A stretch of 60,486 nucleotides of DNA, the filler included, from a bacterium UBP13_UBA5359 (GTDB taxonomy: Bacteria > UBP13 > UBA5359): assembly GCA_002410925.1 (NCBI GenBank). It is 4 parts of 4 records of this genome, joined end to end, with 100 filler letters (N's around TTAATTAATTAA, not from the genome) between each part and the next. Parts side by side here need not be neighbours in the genome. Positions count along the whole stretch, not along the records: positions 51,020 to 60,486 come from DHPR01000007.1; 3 more parts are not named here. The stretch is one strand, 5' to 3'. A program made the translations under genes and the position numbers. Of the stretch, positions 51,393 to 60,486 are shown in pieces. The notes under the pieces were generated by a model. It was given only the letters and a program-made list of their open reading frames with translations. It made no database searches and was not told the origin of the DNA. Numbering within the stretch: the stretch's first letter is position 1; each line of letters opens with the position of its first letter.

Positions 51393-51805
51393 TGGCTTTT
51401 CTGTTTGCCTTGCTGACTGCGTTGCTGTGGGGCGGCGCTTCAATCATCGAGAAGCTGGCGCTGGCCAGGGTGGCGCCGGTGCAGGCTATAGTAGTTCGTA
51501 GCCTGGGGATATCCTTGATCTTCTTTCTGGTAATGCTGGCTTCGCGTCAGATCGGTTCATTGCGCTTGGTGCCGTGGCAGACGCTGCTGATGGTCGTAAC
51601 CGCCGGCCTGATGGCCGGCGGCATAGGGCAGTGGACATACTACATGGCCTTAAAACACGGCCGTGCCTCGATGGTGGTTCCCGTTGCGGCCAGCTTTCCT
51701 CTGGTGACCTTCCTGCTGGCCACCATTCTGTTACGGGAGACGGTGACGGTGCATAAGCTGTTCGGTGTTCTGCTGATCGTTGCAGGCGTTTTGCTGGTAC
51801 GCTAG
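51392..51805 (+). CDS. EamA-family (single repeat) transporter
   Basis: Hydrophobic; ALKHGRASMVVP, LLRETVT. Confidence 0.85.
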   Translation: MAFLFALLTALLWGGASIIEKLALARVAPVQAIVVRSLGISLIFFLVMLASRQIGSLRLVPWQTLLMVVTAGLMAGGIGQWTYYMALKHGRASMVVPVAASFPLVTFLLATILLRETVTVHKLFGVLLIVAGVLLVR

Positions 51806-51984
51806 GCGTCCGCTTCTTTCTGACTCGGTTTAATGGCCGCCTGGCAGGTTTCAGGTCATGGTCTTGGCGAAATCCGAATACGCACGCAGGGCATGATGGA
51901 AAGAGACCAAATTGAGTTACCTCGCCTCACGTGTTATTATAGTTCTTGAAAATCAACCGTTGTTGCGGACAAAGTGGGATTACC

Positions 51985-53053
51985 ATGCAATTTAAAAAGA
52001 TATTGGAGCTTTTTGAACTGCCGTTGCCTCAGTTGGCTGTTTTGGCTGATGCATTACGCAGCCGGCATAACGACAATCTGCTTGAAACCTGTACCATATG
52101 TAACGTTAAATGCGGCAACTGCAGCGAGGACTGCAAGTTCTGTGCGCAATCAGTGCGGGGCAATACGGAGGTGGAGACTTACCCTCTGATTCCGGTGGGC
52201 GAGATGGTAGAGGCAGCTGATGCAGCGGCTGCTAACGGAGCTGATAGATTTGGCATAGTCACCAGCGGCAGGCGCCTTAACGATAAGGAGGGTAATGCGG
52301 TTTCTCAGGCNNNNNNNNNNNNNNNNNNNNNNNNNNNNNNNNNNNNNNNNNNNNNNNNNNNNNNNNNNNNNNNNNNNNNNNNNNNNNNNNNNNNNNNNNN
52401 NNNNNNNNNNNNNNNNNNNNNNNNNNNNNNNNNNNNNNNNNNNNNNNNNNNNNNNNNNNNNNNNNNNNNNNNNNNNNNNNNNNNNNNNNNNNNNNNNNNN
52501 NNNNNNNNNNNNNNNNNNNNNNNNNNNNNNNNNNNNNNNNNNNNNNNNNNNNNNNNNNNNNNNNNNNNNNNNNNNNNNNNNNNNNNNNNNNNNNTACTTT
52601 CCGCAGATAACATCCACCCATACTTTTGAGGATAGGCTTCGCACCATTGATCTGGCGCGAGAAGCCGGTTTGTCTATCTGCTGTGGCGGGATAATAGGGA
52701 TGGGCGAGAGCCGGGAAGATCGAGCACGGATGGCTCTGGAGCTGGCAAAAATAGCGCCGGATTCCATACCGGTGAATATTTTGATGCCCATACCGGGCAC
52801 ACCGTTGGAAAATTGTCGGCGAATAAGCATCAGCGAGGCATTAAGAACTATTGCCGTCTTCAGAATCGCCAATCCTATGGCCACCGTTCGCCTGGCAGCC
52901 GGAAGAGAGAGCTTTCTTGGTGATTTTATGGGTATGGCCTTCATGGCTGGTGCCAATGCTATGATGATCGGAGGTTATCTTACGCAGCGAGGACGGGCTG
53001 TTGAGAAAGATCAGGGGCTTATTCGAGAGGTGCTGGAGGCATGGAACGCATAG
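51985..53053 (+). CDS. bioB: Biotin synthase (interrupted by assembly gap 52311-52594)
   Basis: CSEDCKFCAQS, CCGGIIGMGES, PVNIL, RLAAGRE, GYLT. Confidence 0.93.
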
Positions 53054-54192
53054 AAGCTTATATGGAAAAACGAGCCGCGGAAGGTACGCTGCGCAAGCTG
53101 AGCGAACTCAAAGCCAGATATCCCGCCAGGGTCATTGAATCTGGGCGTGAGCTGATTGATTTTTCTTCCAACGATTATCTGGGTCTCTCCAATGATGATC
53201 GTTTGATAGCTGCAGCCAGGCAGGGGCTGGATGAATGGGGCACCGGCAGCGGGGCCTCAAGGTTGATGAGCGGCAGTTTAGCGCCGCATCATTGCCTGGA
53301 AGCTGAGACGGCTTGCTTCAAGGGCAAGGAAGATGCTCTTGTTTTTAATTCCGGATACCAGGCCAACATCAGTCTGATTCCTGCACTCGTGAGCAGAGGA
53401 GATGTAATCTTTGCTGATCGGTTTTGTCATGCCAGCCAGATAGACGGGGCGGTGCTCTCCGGAGCAAAGCTTTTCCGATATGAACATAACAACATCGAAA
53501 GGCTGGCATATCTGCTGAAGAGAGAAAGGGAAAAATACCGGGAAGCGCTGCTGCTGACAGAGTCCGTGTTCAGTATGGACGGCGATATCGCACTGTTGGC
53601 GGATATTGTTGAATTAAAGAAGCGTTTCAACTGCAAGCTGCTGTTGGACGAAGCGCATGCTGCCGGGGCGTTTGGCCGGGGTATGGCGCACAGGCTGGGG
53701 CTGACTGCAGAAGTAGATATTCTTATGGGTACGTTCAGCAAGGCTTTCGGCAGCTTCGGTGCTTATGTCGCTTGTTCGCATGCCATGAAGGAATACTTTG
53801 TCAATAACGCGCGAGGTTTCATATACTCCACTTCGCTTCCGGCTACATCTATCTGCGCCAGCATTGCTGCCTTAAAGATAGTAGCCGAGCATCCGGATAT
53901 GTCGGCAAAGCTGCAGGCGAAAGCTGCTTATTTACGAAAGGGGCTTAGTCGGCAAGGTTGGCCGGCAGGCGGCGAAAGTCAGATTCTGCCGGTGATTGTA
54001 AAACGAAGTGAAACGGCTCTTAATCTCTCTCAAAGACTGCGGGCGGCCGGCCTGAGAGTTCTGGCTGTTCGGCCGCCGACCGTTCCCAGGGGAACGGCCA
54101 GGTTACGCTTCAGCTTATGTCTGGCTCACTCCGAACGAGATCTTGATTATACTCTTGAGGTGATGGATGGACTCCGGCAATTTTTGGTTTGA
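53041..54192 (+). CDS. bioF: 8-amino-7-oxononanoate synthase
   Basis: FSSNDYLGL, SGYQAN, SVFSMDGD, DEAH, TFSKA, RPPTVP. Confidence 0.94.
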   Translation: MERIEAYMEKRAAEGTLRKLSELKARYPARVIESGRELIDFSSNDYLGLSNDDRLIAAARQGLDEWGTGSGASRLMSGSLAPHHCLEAETACFKGKEDALVFNSGYQANISLIPALVSRGDVIFADRFCHASQIDGAVLSGAKLFRYEHNNIERLAYLLKREREKYREALLLTESVFSMDGDIALLADIVELKKRFNCKLLLDEAHAAGAFGRGMAHRLGLTAEVDILMGTFSKAFGSFGAYVACSHAMKEYFVNNARGFIYSTSLPATSICASIAALKIVAEHPDMSAKLQAKAAYLRKGLSRQGWPAGGESQILPVIVKRSETALNLSQRLRAAGLRVLAVRPPTVPRGTARLRFSLCLAHSERDLDYTLEVMDGLRQFLV

Positions 54193-54865
54193 CGAACGAG
54201 GGGCTGATTTGCCTTATGTTGTTTGCCTGCCGGGCTGGGGATATGATTGGCGTATTATGTCCTGTTGCCGAGCTGAGGTAAACCGCATCTACATTCGCAA
54301 TACCTTCAAGCCCGGCCTTCTGTCTCAGCTGGCCGATTGGTTGAAGTCGTCCAAATTCGGTCCTGTTGTTATGCTGGGATGGTCACTTGGTGGATTTGCG
54401 GCTGTGGATTTTGCCATGGCCTATCCTGAATTGGTAGCATCGCTGGTTTTGGTGGGAATACGGCGCCGGTACAGCCCTAAGGAGATTCAGTTGGCTAAAG
54501 ACGGGATTGCCTATGACTGTGCTTTTTATCTGGAAGGCTTCTATAGACAGAGCTTTTTGCCGGCTCAGAAGGAAGAGTGGACTGCGTTCAGAACTGGTCT
54601 GCTGGAGGAGTATCTAAAAGTGATGAGCGTTGAGGAATTAATACCGGGGTTGGATTATTTGGCCTTATCTCGCATAGATGAAGCTTCACTCTCTATCCGT
54701 CCTACACTTATGGTGCATGGTGCACGCGATATGATAGCTTTGCCGGATGAAGCATACGAGCTGGCCCGAGTTTCGGATACCCCGCTTTGTATGCTTCAAG
54801 ATGCCGCACATGCTGCATTCTTACATTCAGATTTTCAGGAGATTATCAGGCAATGGCTGAGCTAG
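54167..54865 (+). CDS. Alpha/beta hydrolase, BioH-like pimeloyl-ACP methyl ester esterase
   Basis: PGWG, GWSLGG nucleophile elbow, HG..D, AHA; position in bio operon. Confidence 0.75.
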   Translation: MDSGNFWFDERGADLPYVVCLPGWGYDWRIMSCCRAEVNRIYIRNTFKPGLLSQLADWLKSSKFGPVVMLGWSLGGFAAVDFAMAYPELVASLVLVGIRRRYSPKEIQLAKDGIAYDCAFYLEGFYRQSFLPAQKEEWTAFRTGLLEEYLKVMSVEELIPGLDYLALSRIDEASLSIRPTLMVHGARDMIALPDEAYELARVSDTPLCMLQDAAHAAFLHSDFQEIIRQWLS

Positions 54866-55608
54866 ATATACTTCGTGCTTTTTCTCGCGCCTCTTCCACC
54901 TATGAGAGTCATGCCCGGGTTCAGCGCCTCTGTGCTCAGGATATGCTGGGTATGCTGGATATATCATCTCCCGGGAATGTGCTGGAGGTGGGATGCGGCA
55001 CGGGTCTGCTCACTCGCATGCTTGCCGGCAAATTCCCGGATGCCGGTATATTGGCCTGTGATCCTTCTCAACGAATGTTGACGGAAGCAAGACGCACGGC
55101 TCCTGCCCGGGTGGAATTTATATGTTGCAGCCTGGAGGAGCTTCCCCGGAACTCCTGGGAGCTGATAGTATCGAATGCTGCTTTGCATTGGGCCGGTCCA
55201 CTGCGGGCAACACTTGCCAGGCTGAAAAGCAGCCTGCATCCGGACGGCCTGCTGGCTTTCAGCTACTTTACCAGAAACACTTATCCGGAATTGGCGGAAG
55301 CATTGTCGCAGGCAGCAGGTACGGAGGTGCAGCTGGCCTGCAGCGGCTTTGCCTCAGCTGATGAGACGGCGAACGAGGTAGCTAAGGTCTTTAAAAAAGT
55401 TCAAATAGAGCGAAAGGTTTATATCCATAATTTTACCGATATCAGGGCATTACTAAGGCATATAAAGCTTACCGGTACACGGGGAACAGGCGCCAGGCCA
55501 AAGCTGGTATGGACAAAGGGATTGTTGGATCGGACCCAGCGGGAGTATCTGGCTCGTTTCGGATCTATCAGGGTTGGATATGAGGTTGTCATATGCACGG
55601 CAAAATAA
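54853..55608 (+). CDS. bioC: Malonyl-ACP O-methyltransferase
   Basis: FSRASSTYESHARVQ, LEVGCGTG, SNAALHW. Confidence 0.85.
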   Translation: MAELDILRAFSRASSTYESHARVQRLCAQDMLGMLDISSPGNVLEVGCGTGLLTRMLAGKFPDAGILACDPSQRMLTEARRTAPARVEFICCSLEELPRNSWELIVSNAALHWAGPLRATLARLKSSLHPDGLLAFSYFTRNTYPELAEALSQAAGTEVQLACSGFASADETANEVAKVFKKVQIERKVYIHNFTDIRALLRHIKLTGTRGTGARPKLVWTKGLLDRTQREYLARFGSIRVGYEVVICTAK

Positions 55609-56309
55609 AGGCGCTCTTCATAACAGGAACGGATACGGACGCAGGCAAGACGATCTTTTGTGCGCAGCTGTTGGCATTTTTAAGACGGAAGGGGATAAAT
55701 GCTGTCAGTCAGAAATGGGTGCAGACCGGTTGTGAAGAAACGGATGATGCAGCTCTTCATATTGATACAGCCGGACTGGCGCAGCCGGAAGCGCCTGATT
55801 TGATTACACCTGTTCGTTTTGCATACCCGGCCTCTCCGCATCTCGCCGCCAGACTGGAGGGGAAGGACGTGGATGTTCGGATTATAAGCAGCGCGTTGAA
55901 TAACCTGATGCAGCGTTATGATATCGTGCTTTGCGAAGGATCGGGTGGAGCGCTGGTGCCGCTGGCGGATTCTTTGTTGCTATCGGATTATGCAGCGCAG
56001 CTTGGGCTGCCGGCAATAATTGTCAGTGCCAACAAATTGGGTTGTATAAACCATACTCTATTAACAGTGGAAGCGCTCAAATCCAGGAACATACCGGTAT
56101 TAGGAATAGCATTTATGAGAGTTTTGGCAGAAGCAGATGAAATTATCGCTGAAGACAATGTGGAAACTGTAAGGAAGCTCTCCGGGGTAACCGTATTGGG
56201 AGAACTCGATTGGCTTGAGAGACCGGACACTTATAGTACCGATTTTGACAGGCTGGGGGAGGCTTTCCTGGAAAGATGGGATCTATTCGATGATGGACGA
56301 AATTATTAA
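55593..56309 (+). CDS. bioD: Dethiobiotin synthetase
   Basis: TGTDTDAGKT, SPHLAA, EGSGG, LGCINH. Confidence 0.94.
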   Translation: MHGKIKALFITGTDTDAGKTIFCAQLLAFLRRKGINAVSQKWVQTGCEETDDAALHIDTAGLAQPEAPDLITPVRFAYPASPHLAARLEGKDVDVRIISSALNNLMQRYDIVLCEGSGGALVPLADSLLLSDYAAQLGLPAIIVSANKLGCINHTLLTVEALKSRNIPVLGIAFMRVLAEADEIIAEDNVETVRKLSGVTVLGELDWLERPDTYSTDFDRLGEAFLERWDLFDDGRNY

Positions 56310-57645
56310 AACCGATCTTGCTCACAATTGGCATCCATTCACACAGATGGATGAATTGAGAAAGAGGCCGCCATTGCTTATCGAGCATGCGGAAGGTGTC
56401 AAGCTCTATGCTTCTGATGGCAAAGCATACTACGATACCATAGCCAGTTGGTGGTGCAATGTCCATGGACACTGCCGGAAAGAGATTAGTGATGCTGTAG
56501 CCAGGCAGGCTGCCAAATTGGACCACACTCTCTTTGCTGCCATCACACATGAACCGGCTGCAGTGCTCTCTCGGAGGCTCGCAGCCATCTCTCCTGCGGG
56601 GCTGAATCGCGTATTTTATTCGGACAACGGGTCATGTGCAGTTGAGATCGCCTTGAAAATGAGTACACAATACTGGCGGAATCGAGGGCGGGCTGGAAAG
56701 AAGCGGTTTATCTGCTTTGACAGGGGATATCACGGAGATACGATCGGCGCCATGAGCGTGGGAGGGGTGGATATCTACATCTCTCATTTCAGACACTTGA
56801 TGTATGATTCGATTCGCATTCCCACGCCTTACTGCTACCGCTGTCCGCTGGGCCTGAGAAAGGATGACTGTGGCTGCAAATGTGCCGATCTGTTACAGGA
56901 AACACTACAGAAACATTCCGAAGAAACAGCGGCGATCATACTGGAGCCGATATTGCTGGGCGCAGGGGGCATGATTGTGTATCCCGCTGAATATGTGAAA
57001 CGCGCCGAAGAGCTGGCAAAGAGTTACGATGTGCATTTGATCCTGGATGAAGTAGCCACCGGTTTCGGCAGGACAGGCAAGATGTTTGCCGCAGATCATG
57101 CAGGAATCGCTCCCGATTTTATGTGTGTTTCCAAGGGCTTGACGGGCGGGACATTGCCGCTGGCAGCGACCCTGACAACGGAAGAGGTATTCGATTCCTT
57201 TGCCGAGCCGGTAAGAGGAATAAAGACCTTCTACCACGGTCATACTTTTACGGCCAATCCTATAGCCTGTGCAGCAGCCAACGCCAGCCTGGAGTTGTTT
57301 GAGGCAGAGAATACTCTTGCAAATGTTGCTTATTTACAAGGCCGTTTGTCGGATGATTTTGCGTCATATGCCGATCATCCGCTGGTAGGAGATATTCGGG
57401 TTATCGGCTGCTGCGGTGCACTTGAACTGGTAAAGAATAAAGAGAGCAAGGAACCTCTATCTGTTGAAGATATGGCTAAGATGGATTTTTACGGCCAGGG
57501 TTTCGATCAGGGGATCATTTTGAGGCCGGTAGCCAATGTTGTCTATCTTTTTCTTCCGCTTGCTGTTGGAAAAGCCGATTTGGATAAGATGCTGGAGCGC
57601 TTCAGATTAACATTGACATGTGCCGCGGATAAAAATATACTGTGA
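56290..57645 (+). CDS. bioA: Adenosylmethionine-8-amino-7-oxononanoate transaminase
   Basis: WHPFTQM, SWWCNVHGH, YHGDT, DEVATGFGRTG, SKGLTGG. Confidence 0.95.
   Translation: MMDEIIKTDLAHNWHPFTQMDELRKRPPLLIEHAEGVKLYASDGKAYYDTIASWWCNVHGHCRKEISDAVARQAAKLDHTLFAAITHEPAAVLSRRLAAISPAGLNRVFYSDNGSCAVEIALKMSTQYWRNRGRAGKKRFICFDRGYHGDTIGAMSVGGVDIYISHFRHLMYDSIRIPTPYCYRCPLGLRKDDCGCKCADLLQETLQKHSEETAAIILEPILLGAGGMIVYPAEYVKRAEELAKSYDVHLILDEVATGFGRTGKMFAADHAGIAPDFMCVSKGLTGGTLPLAATLTTEEVFDSFAEPVRGIKTFYHGHTFTANPIACAAANASLELFEAENTLANVAYLQGRLSDDFASYADHPLVGDIRVIGCCGALELVKNKESKEPLSVEDMAKMDFYGQGFDQGIILRPVANVVYLFLPLAVGKADLDKMLERFRLTLTCAADKNIL
57613..57641 (+). promoter_or_regulatory. Promoter for DUF47-pit inside the bioA 3' end
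   Basis: TTGACA-17 bp-TATACT. Confidence 0.6.
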
Positions 57646-57679
57646 TAAGTAGCTGATTGCAGGGGGAGGAAGATATAAA

Positions 57680-58300
57680 TTGGGACTTATACCGAAGGAC
57701 GTGCGTTTTTTTGAGTTGTTTGAACGCGATGCCGCAAACGTTTATCAGGGAGCCATAGAGCTGGAAGCGATGCTGGAGCATCCCGATGAGTTTGAAGAGA
57801 GGCTCAAAAGCATTACCAATTTAGAGCATGAAGGCGACATAATAACTCACGAGATCATGGATCGTCTTAACCGTACTTTTGTTACGCCCATAGACAGGGA
57901 GGATATCCATGCTCTGGCCGGCGGTTTAGATGATATTTTGGACTACATAGAGGCCACGGCCGACAGAATGCACCTATATAAAATTAATGTTCCTACGCCG
58001 GAGGTGAAGGAACTGGCTTCCATACTTACTCAAGCCGTAGAGCAGATCTGCCTGGCTGTAAAAGATCTGCGCGATTTACGCCGGGCACGTCGCATTATGG
58101 ATCGCGGCATAGAAATAAACCGCCTGGAAAATGAGGGTGATCGTATCAGCCGTGCTGCCCTGGCTCGTATTTTTGATGAATGCGTCGATCCTGTCGACGC
58201 CATCAAATGGAAGGAAATTTATGAGCATATCGAGACGGCTATCGATAAATGTGAGGATATAGCTAATGTTATGGAAACGGTGGTAGTAAAGCATGCCTGA
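57680..58300 (+). CDS. DUF47/PhoU-like phosphate transport regulator
   Basis: LEHEGD, TFVTPIDREDI, LENEGD, DKCEDIAN. Confidence 0.9.
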   Translation: MGLIPKDVRFFELFERDAANVYQGAIELEAMLEHPDEFEERLKSITNLEHEGDIITHEIMDRLNRTFVTPIDREDIHALAGGLDDILDYIEATADRMHLYKINVPTPEVKELASILTQAVEQICLAVKDLRDLRRARRIMDRGIEINRLENEGDRISRAALARIFDECVDPVDAIKWKEIYEHIETAIDKCEDIANVMETVVVKHA

Positions 58301-59294
58301 ACTCAGTTTGTTAGTCCTGGCAGTTATTTTCCTGGCCGTTCTGTTTGATTTTTCTAACGGTTTCAACGATACGGCCAATTCTATTGCCACCGTAGTTTCC
58401 ACCAGGGTTATGTCTCCGATGGCGGCTGTGCTGATGGCCGCTGCGCTTAACTTTGCCGGAGCATTTTTCAGCACCTCGGTCGCCGGAACCATCGGCAAAG
58501 GCATAGTGTCGCCGGGAGCTGTCACCATGCTGACTATAGTCAGCGCCCTTATTGTGGCTACTATCTGGAACGTAGTCCTTACCCTGCTTGGATTGCCGAT
58601 CAGCGCCTCACATGCCCTTATCGGTGGTATTATAGGCGCTGCTCTGGTGGCACATGGTCCTTCCGTTCTCCAGATTGGCGGTATTCTTAAAATACTCTTA
58701 TCTCTTCTTATCTCTCCGCTGTTGGGATTGGGCGTAGGTTTCTTCTTCATGGTCTTGCTTTACTGGATCTTCCATCGTACATCTCCTACGCGGGTGAACA
58801 AGCATTTTCGACGCTTGCAGATATTTTCGGCCGCCTTTATGGCTTTTTCGCATGGTTCCAATGATGCTCAGAAATCCATGGGTATAATTACATTGGCTCT
58901 GTTCAGCACCGGAGTCATCAGCACTTTTCATGTTCCTGTATGGGTTATAGCCATATGTGCGCTGGCCATGGCGGTAGGAACTATTACCGGTGGATGGAAG
59001 GTTATTCGCACCATGGGTGCTCGAATGATGAAACTTCAGCCGGTACACGGTTTTGCTGCCGAGACTGCGGCGGCAATGGTTATACTTCTGGCCTCTGCTG
59101 TGGGAGCACCGGTCAGCACTACACATGTCATTGCCACTTCGATTATGGGGGTGGGGGCATCAAGACGCTTATCGGCTGTCCGTTGGGGGGTAGCCAGTAA
59201 TATTGTGCTGGCCTGGGTCTTTACTCTGCCTTTGACGGCGCTGGGAGCGGCTGCGGTTTATTTTATCCTCAATCTCTTTTTTCAAGGCGCATAA
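58293..59294 (+). CDS. Inorganic phosphate transporter (PiT family)
   Basis: NGFNDTANS, HGSNDAQK, PVSTTH. Confidence 0.93.
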   Translation: MPELSLLVLAVIFLAVLFDFSNGFNDTANSIATVVSTRVMSPMAAVLMAAALNFAGAFFSTSVAGTIGKGIVSPGAVTMLTIVSALIVATIWNVVLTLLGLPISASHALIGGIIGAALVAHGPSVLQIGGILKILLSLLISPLLGLGVGFFFMVLLYWIFHRTSPTRVNKHFRRLQIFSAAFMAFSHGSNDAQKSMGIITLALFSTGVISTFHVPVWVIAICALAMAVGTITGGWKVIRTMGARMMKLQPVHGFAAETAAAMVILLASAVGAPVSTTHVIATSIMGVGASRRLSAVRWGVASNIVLAWVFTLPLTALGAAAVYFILNLFFQGA

Positions 59295-59357
59295 TCGGGA
59301 GAGTGTCTGCCCGCTTTATCAGGTATGTCGAGGAGCCGGCAATAGAGGAAGATATGA

Positions 59358-60344
59358 ATGACGGATGTAAGTGAAGGCGTAAGGCTTGTCTGGCCGGGCA
59401 AGCATCCGATAGAGGTTACGGGGCGCTATCGTTTGCAATCTATTCAGCCGGCTGAGGTTATAAAGATGGACATGCCCGGACGCTCTATGCCCCTGTATTC
59501 TGCTTCTATGCCGAATATACCGGAAGATCCCAATCATAATTTTCTTATTCAAGGCGATTGCCGTGAAGCCATGCTGGCCCTGTTGCCTGAATACGAGGGG
59601 CAAATCGATCTGATATATATCGATCCTCCTTACGCTACGGGAGGCGAGTTCGGCCATCCGGAAACGGTCGGTTACAGCGACCGCTGTGTGGGTGCTGATT
59701 ATCTGCAGATGATGTATGAGCGTTTGCAGTTAATGCATAGGCTGTTGGCACCGACCGGCTCTATCTATATCCATCTTGATTGGCGCATGAACTGTCATAT
59801 AAGGCTTATAATGGATGAGATATTTGGAGCGGATTGTTTTCAAAGAGAGATAATTTGGCGCATAGGTTGGGTATCCGGCTATAAATCCTGCGCCAGGAAT
59901 TGGATACGAAATCATGATACCATACTCTTTTATTCCCGAAACAGTCGATCTTTCACCTTCAATAAGACATATCTGCCATACAGGGAAGGTTATCGGCGGC
60001 GTGACGGGCGTAAACCCTTCGGGAAAGGCTGGCCTCTGGAGGATACCTGGAATTGCAGTCAGGAAGACCGCTTGGATTCCATACAGATTATGAGCTTTTC
60101 AAGTGAAAAAACGGGTTATCCTACACAGAAAAATGAGAATCTTTTAACCCGTATTCTGGAGACATCCTCAAATCCGGGCGATTTGGTGGCTGATTTTTTT
60201 TGCGGTAGCGGTACAACCTTGGCAGTCGCTGATAAGCTAAACCGGCGGTGGATCGGATGTGATATCGGAAAAGAGGCTGTGAGTATAGCGGTATCAAGGC
60301 TTGCAGGGGCTGTAACCTTCGATATATACCGCATTGTAGAGTAA
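59358..60344 (+). CDS. Site-specific amino (N6A/N4C) DNA methyltransferase, beta-class
   Basis: IYIDPPY before YPTQK and DFFCGSGTT. Confidence 0.9.
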   Translation: MTDVSEGVRLVWPGKHPIEVTGRYRLQSIQPAEVIKMDMPGRSMPLYSASMPNIPEDPNHNFLIQGDCREAMLALLPEYEGQIDLIYIDPPYATGGEFGHPETVGYSDRCVGADYLQMMYERLQLMHRLLAPTGSIYIHLDWRMNCHIRLIMDEIFGADCFQREIIWRIGWVSGYKSCARNWIRNHDTILFYSRNSRSFTFNKTYLPYREGYRRRDGRKPFGKGWPLEDTWNCSQEDRLDSIQIMSFSSEKTGYPTQKNENLLTRILETSSNPGDLVADFFCGSGTTLAVADKLNRRWIGCDIGKEAVSIAVSRLAGAVTFDIYRIVE

Positions 60345-60486
60345 CTAATGAACAAGTTGCTGTTTGATATCTACCGGAAGGTTAACGGTAATTACTATTG
60401 TACCGTCACTTTGGTTCTCAATATATAGATGCCCCCCCAAATCGGTAGCTATTTCTTCACAGATGCTGAGGCTTAAGCCGGTTTTA

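Noticed and set aside
51940-51985. BirA operator upstream of bioB
   Set aside because: No convincing TGTTAAC-N-GTTAACA palindrome
52311-52594. Apparent frameshift in bioB
   Set aside because: Frames differ only across an estimated-length N gap

Overview
Bacterial chromosomal window (about 50% GC by eye) made of four contigs joined by artificial N+TTAATTAATTAA linkers (14017-14116, 39777-39876, 50920-51019), plus an N gap inside bioB. Most of it is housekeeping: the end of a glycosylation cluster (GT4/GT2, two DUF362, FAD oxidoreductase, rmlB, rmlC-like), queD-queC-DUF366-queE followed by a 2-hydroxyacyl-CoA dehydratase/activator pair, tyrS, a CCA enzyme, panD-nadABC, aroF, pheA, accDA, pfkA, purH, purA, bioBF(H)CDA, DUF47-Pit and a DNA methyltransferase. 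Two accessory islands stand out. (1) After tmRNA lies a type I-C-like cas5-cas8-cas7-cas3 operon with no cas1/2/4 and no array on this contig. It is bracketed by two RAYT/Y1-transposase 5' ends. Upstream of it is a solitary, divergently oriented I-C repeat whose adjacent 17 nt exactly match the cas promoter (overlapping its -35) next to a TTC PAM, i.e. a probable Cascade-guided autorepression RNA. (2) After tRNA-Lys lies a decayed integrative element carrying four tiny, closely packed, paralogous helical peptide genes missed by the ORF track. All assignments come from motif recognition by eye; no database search was run.
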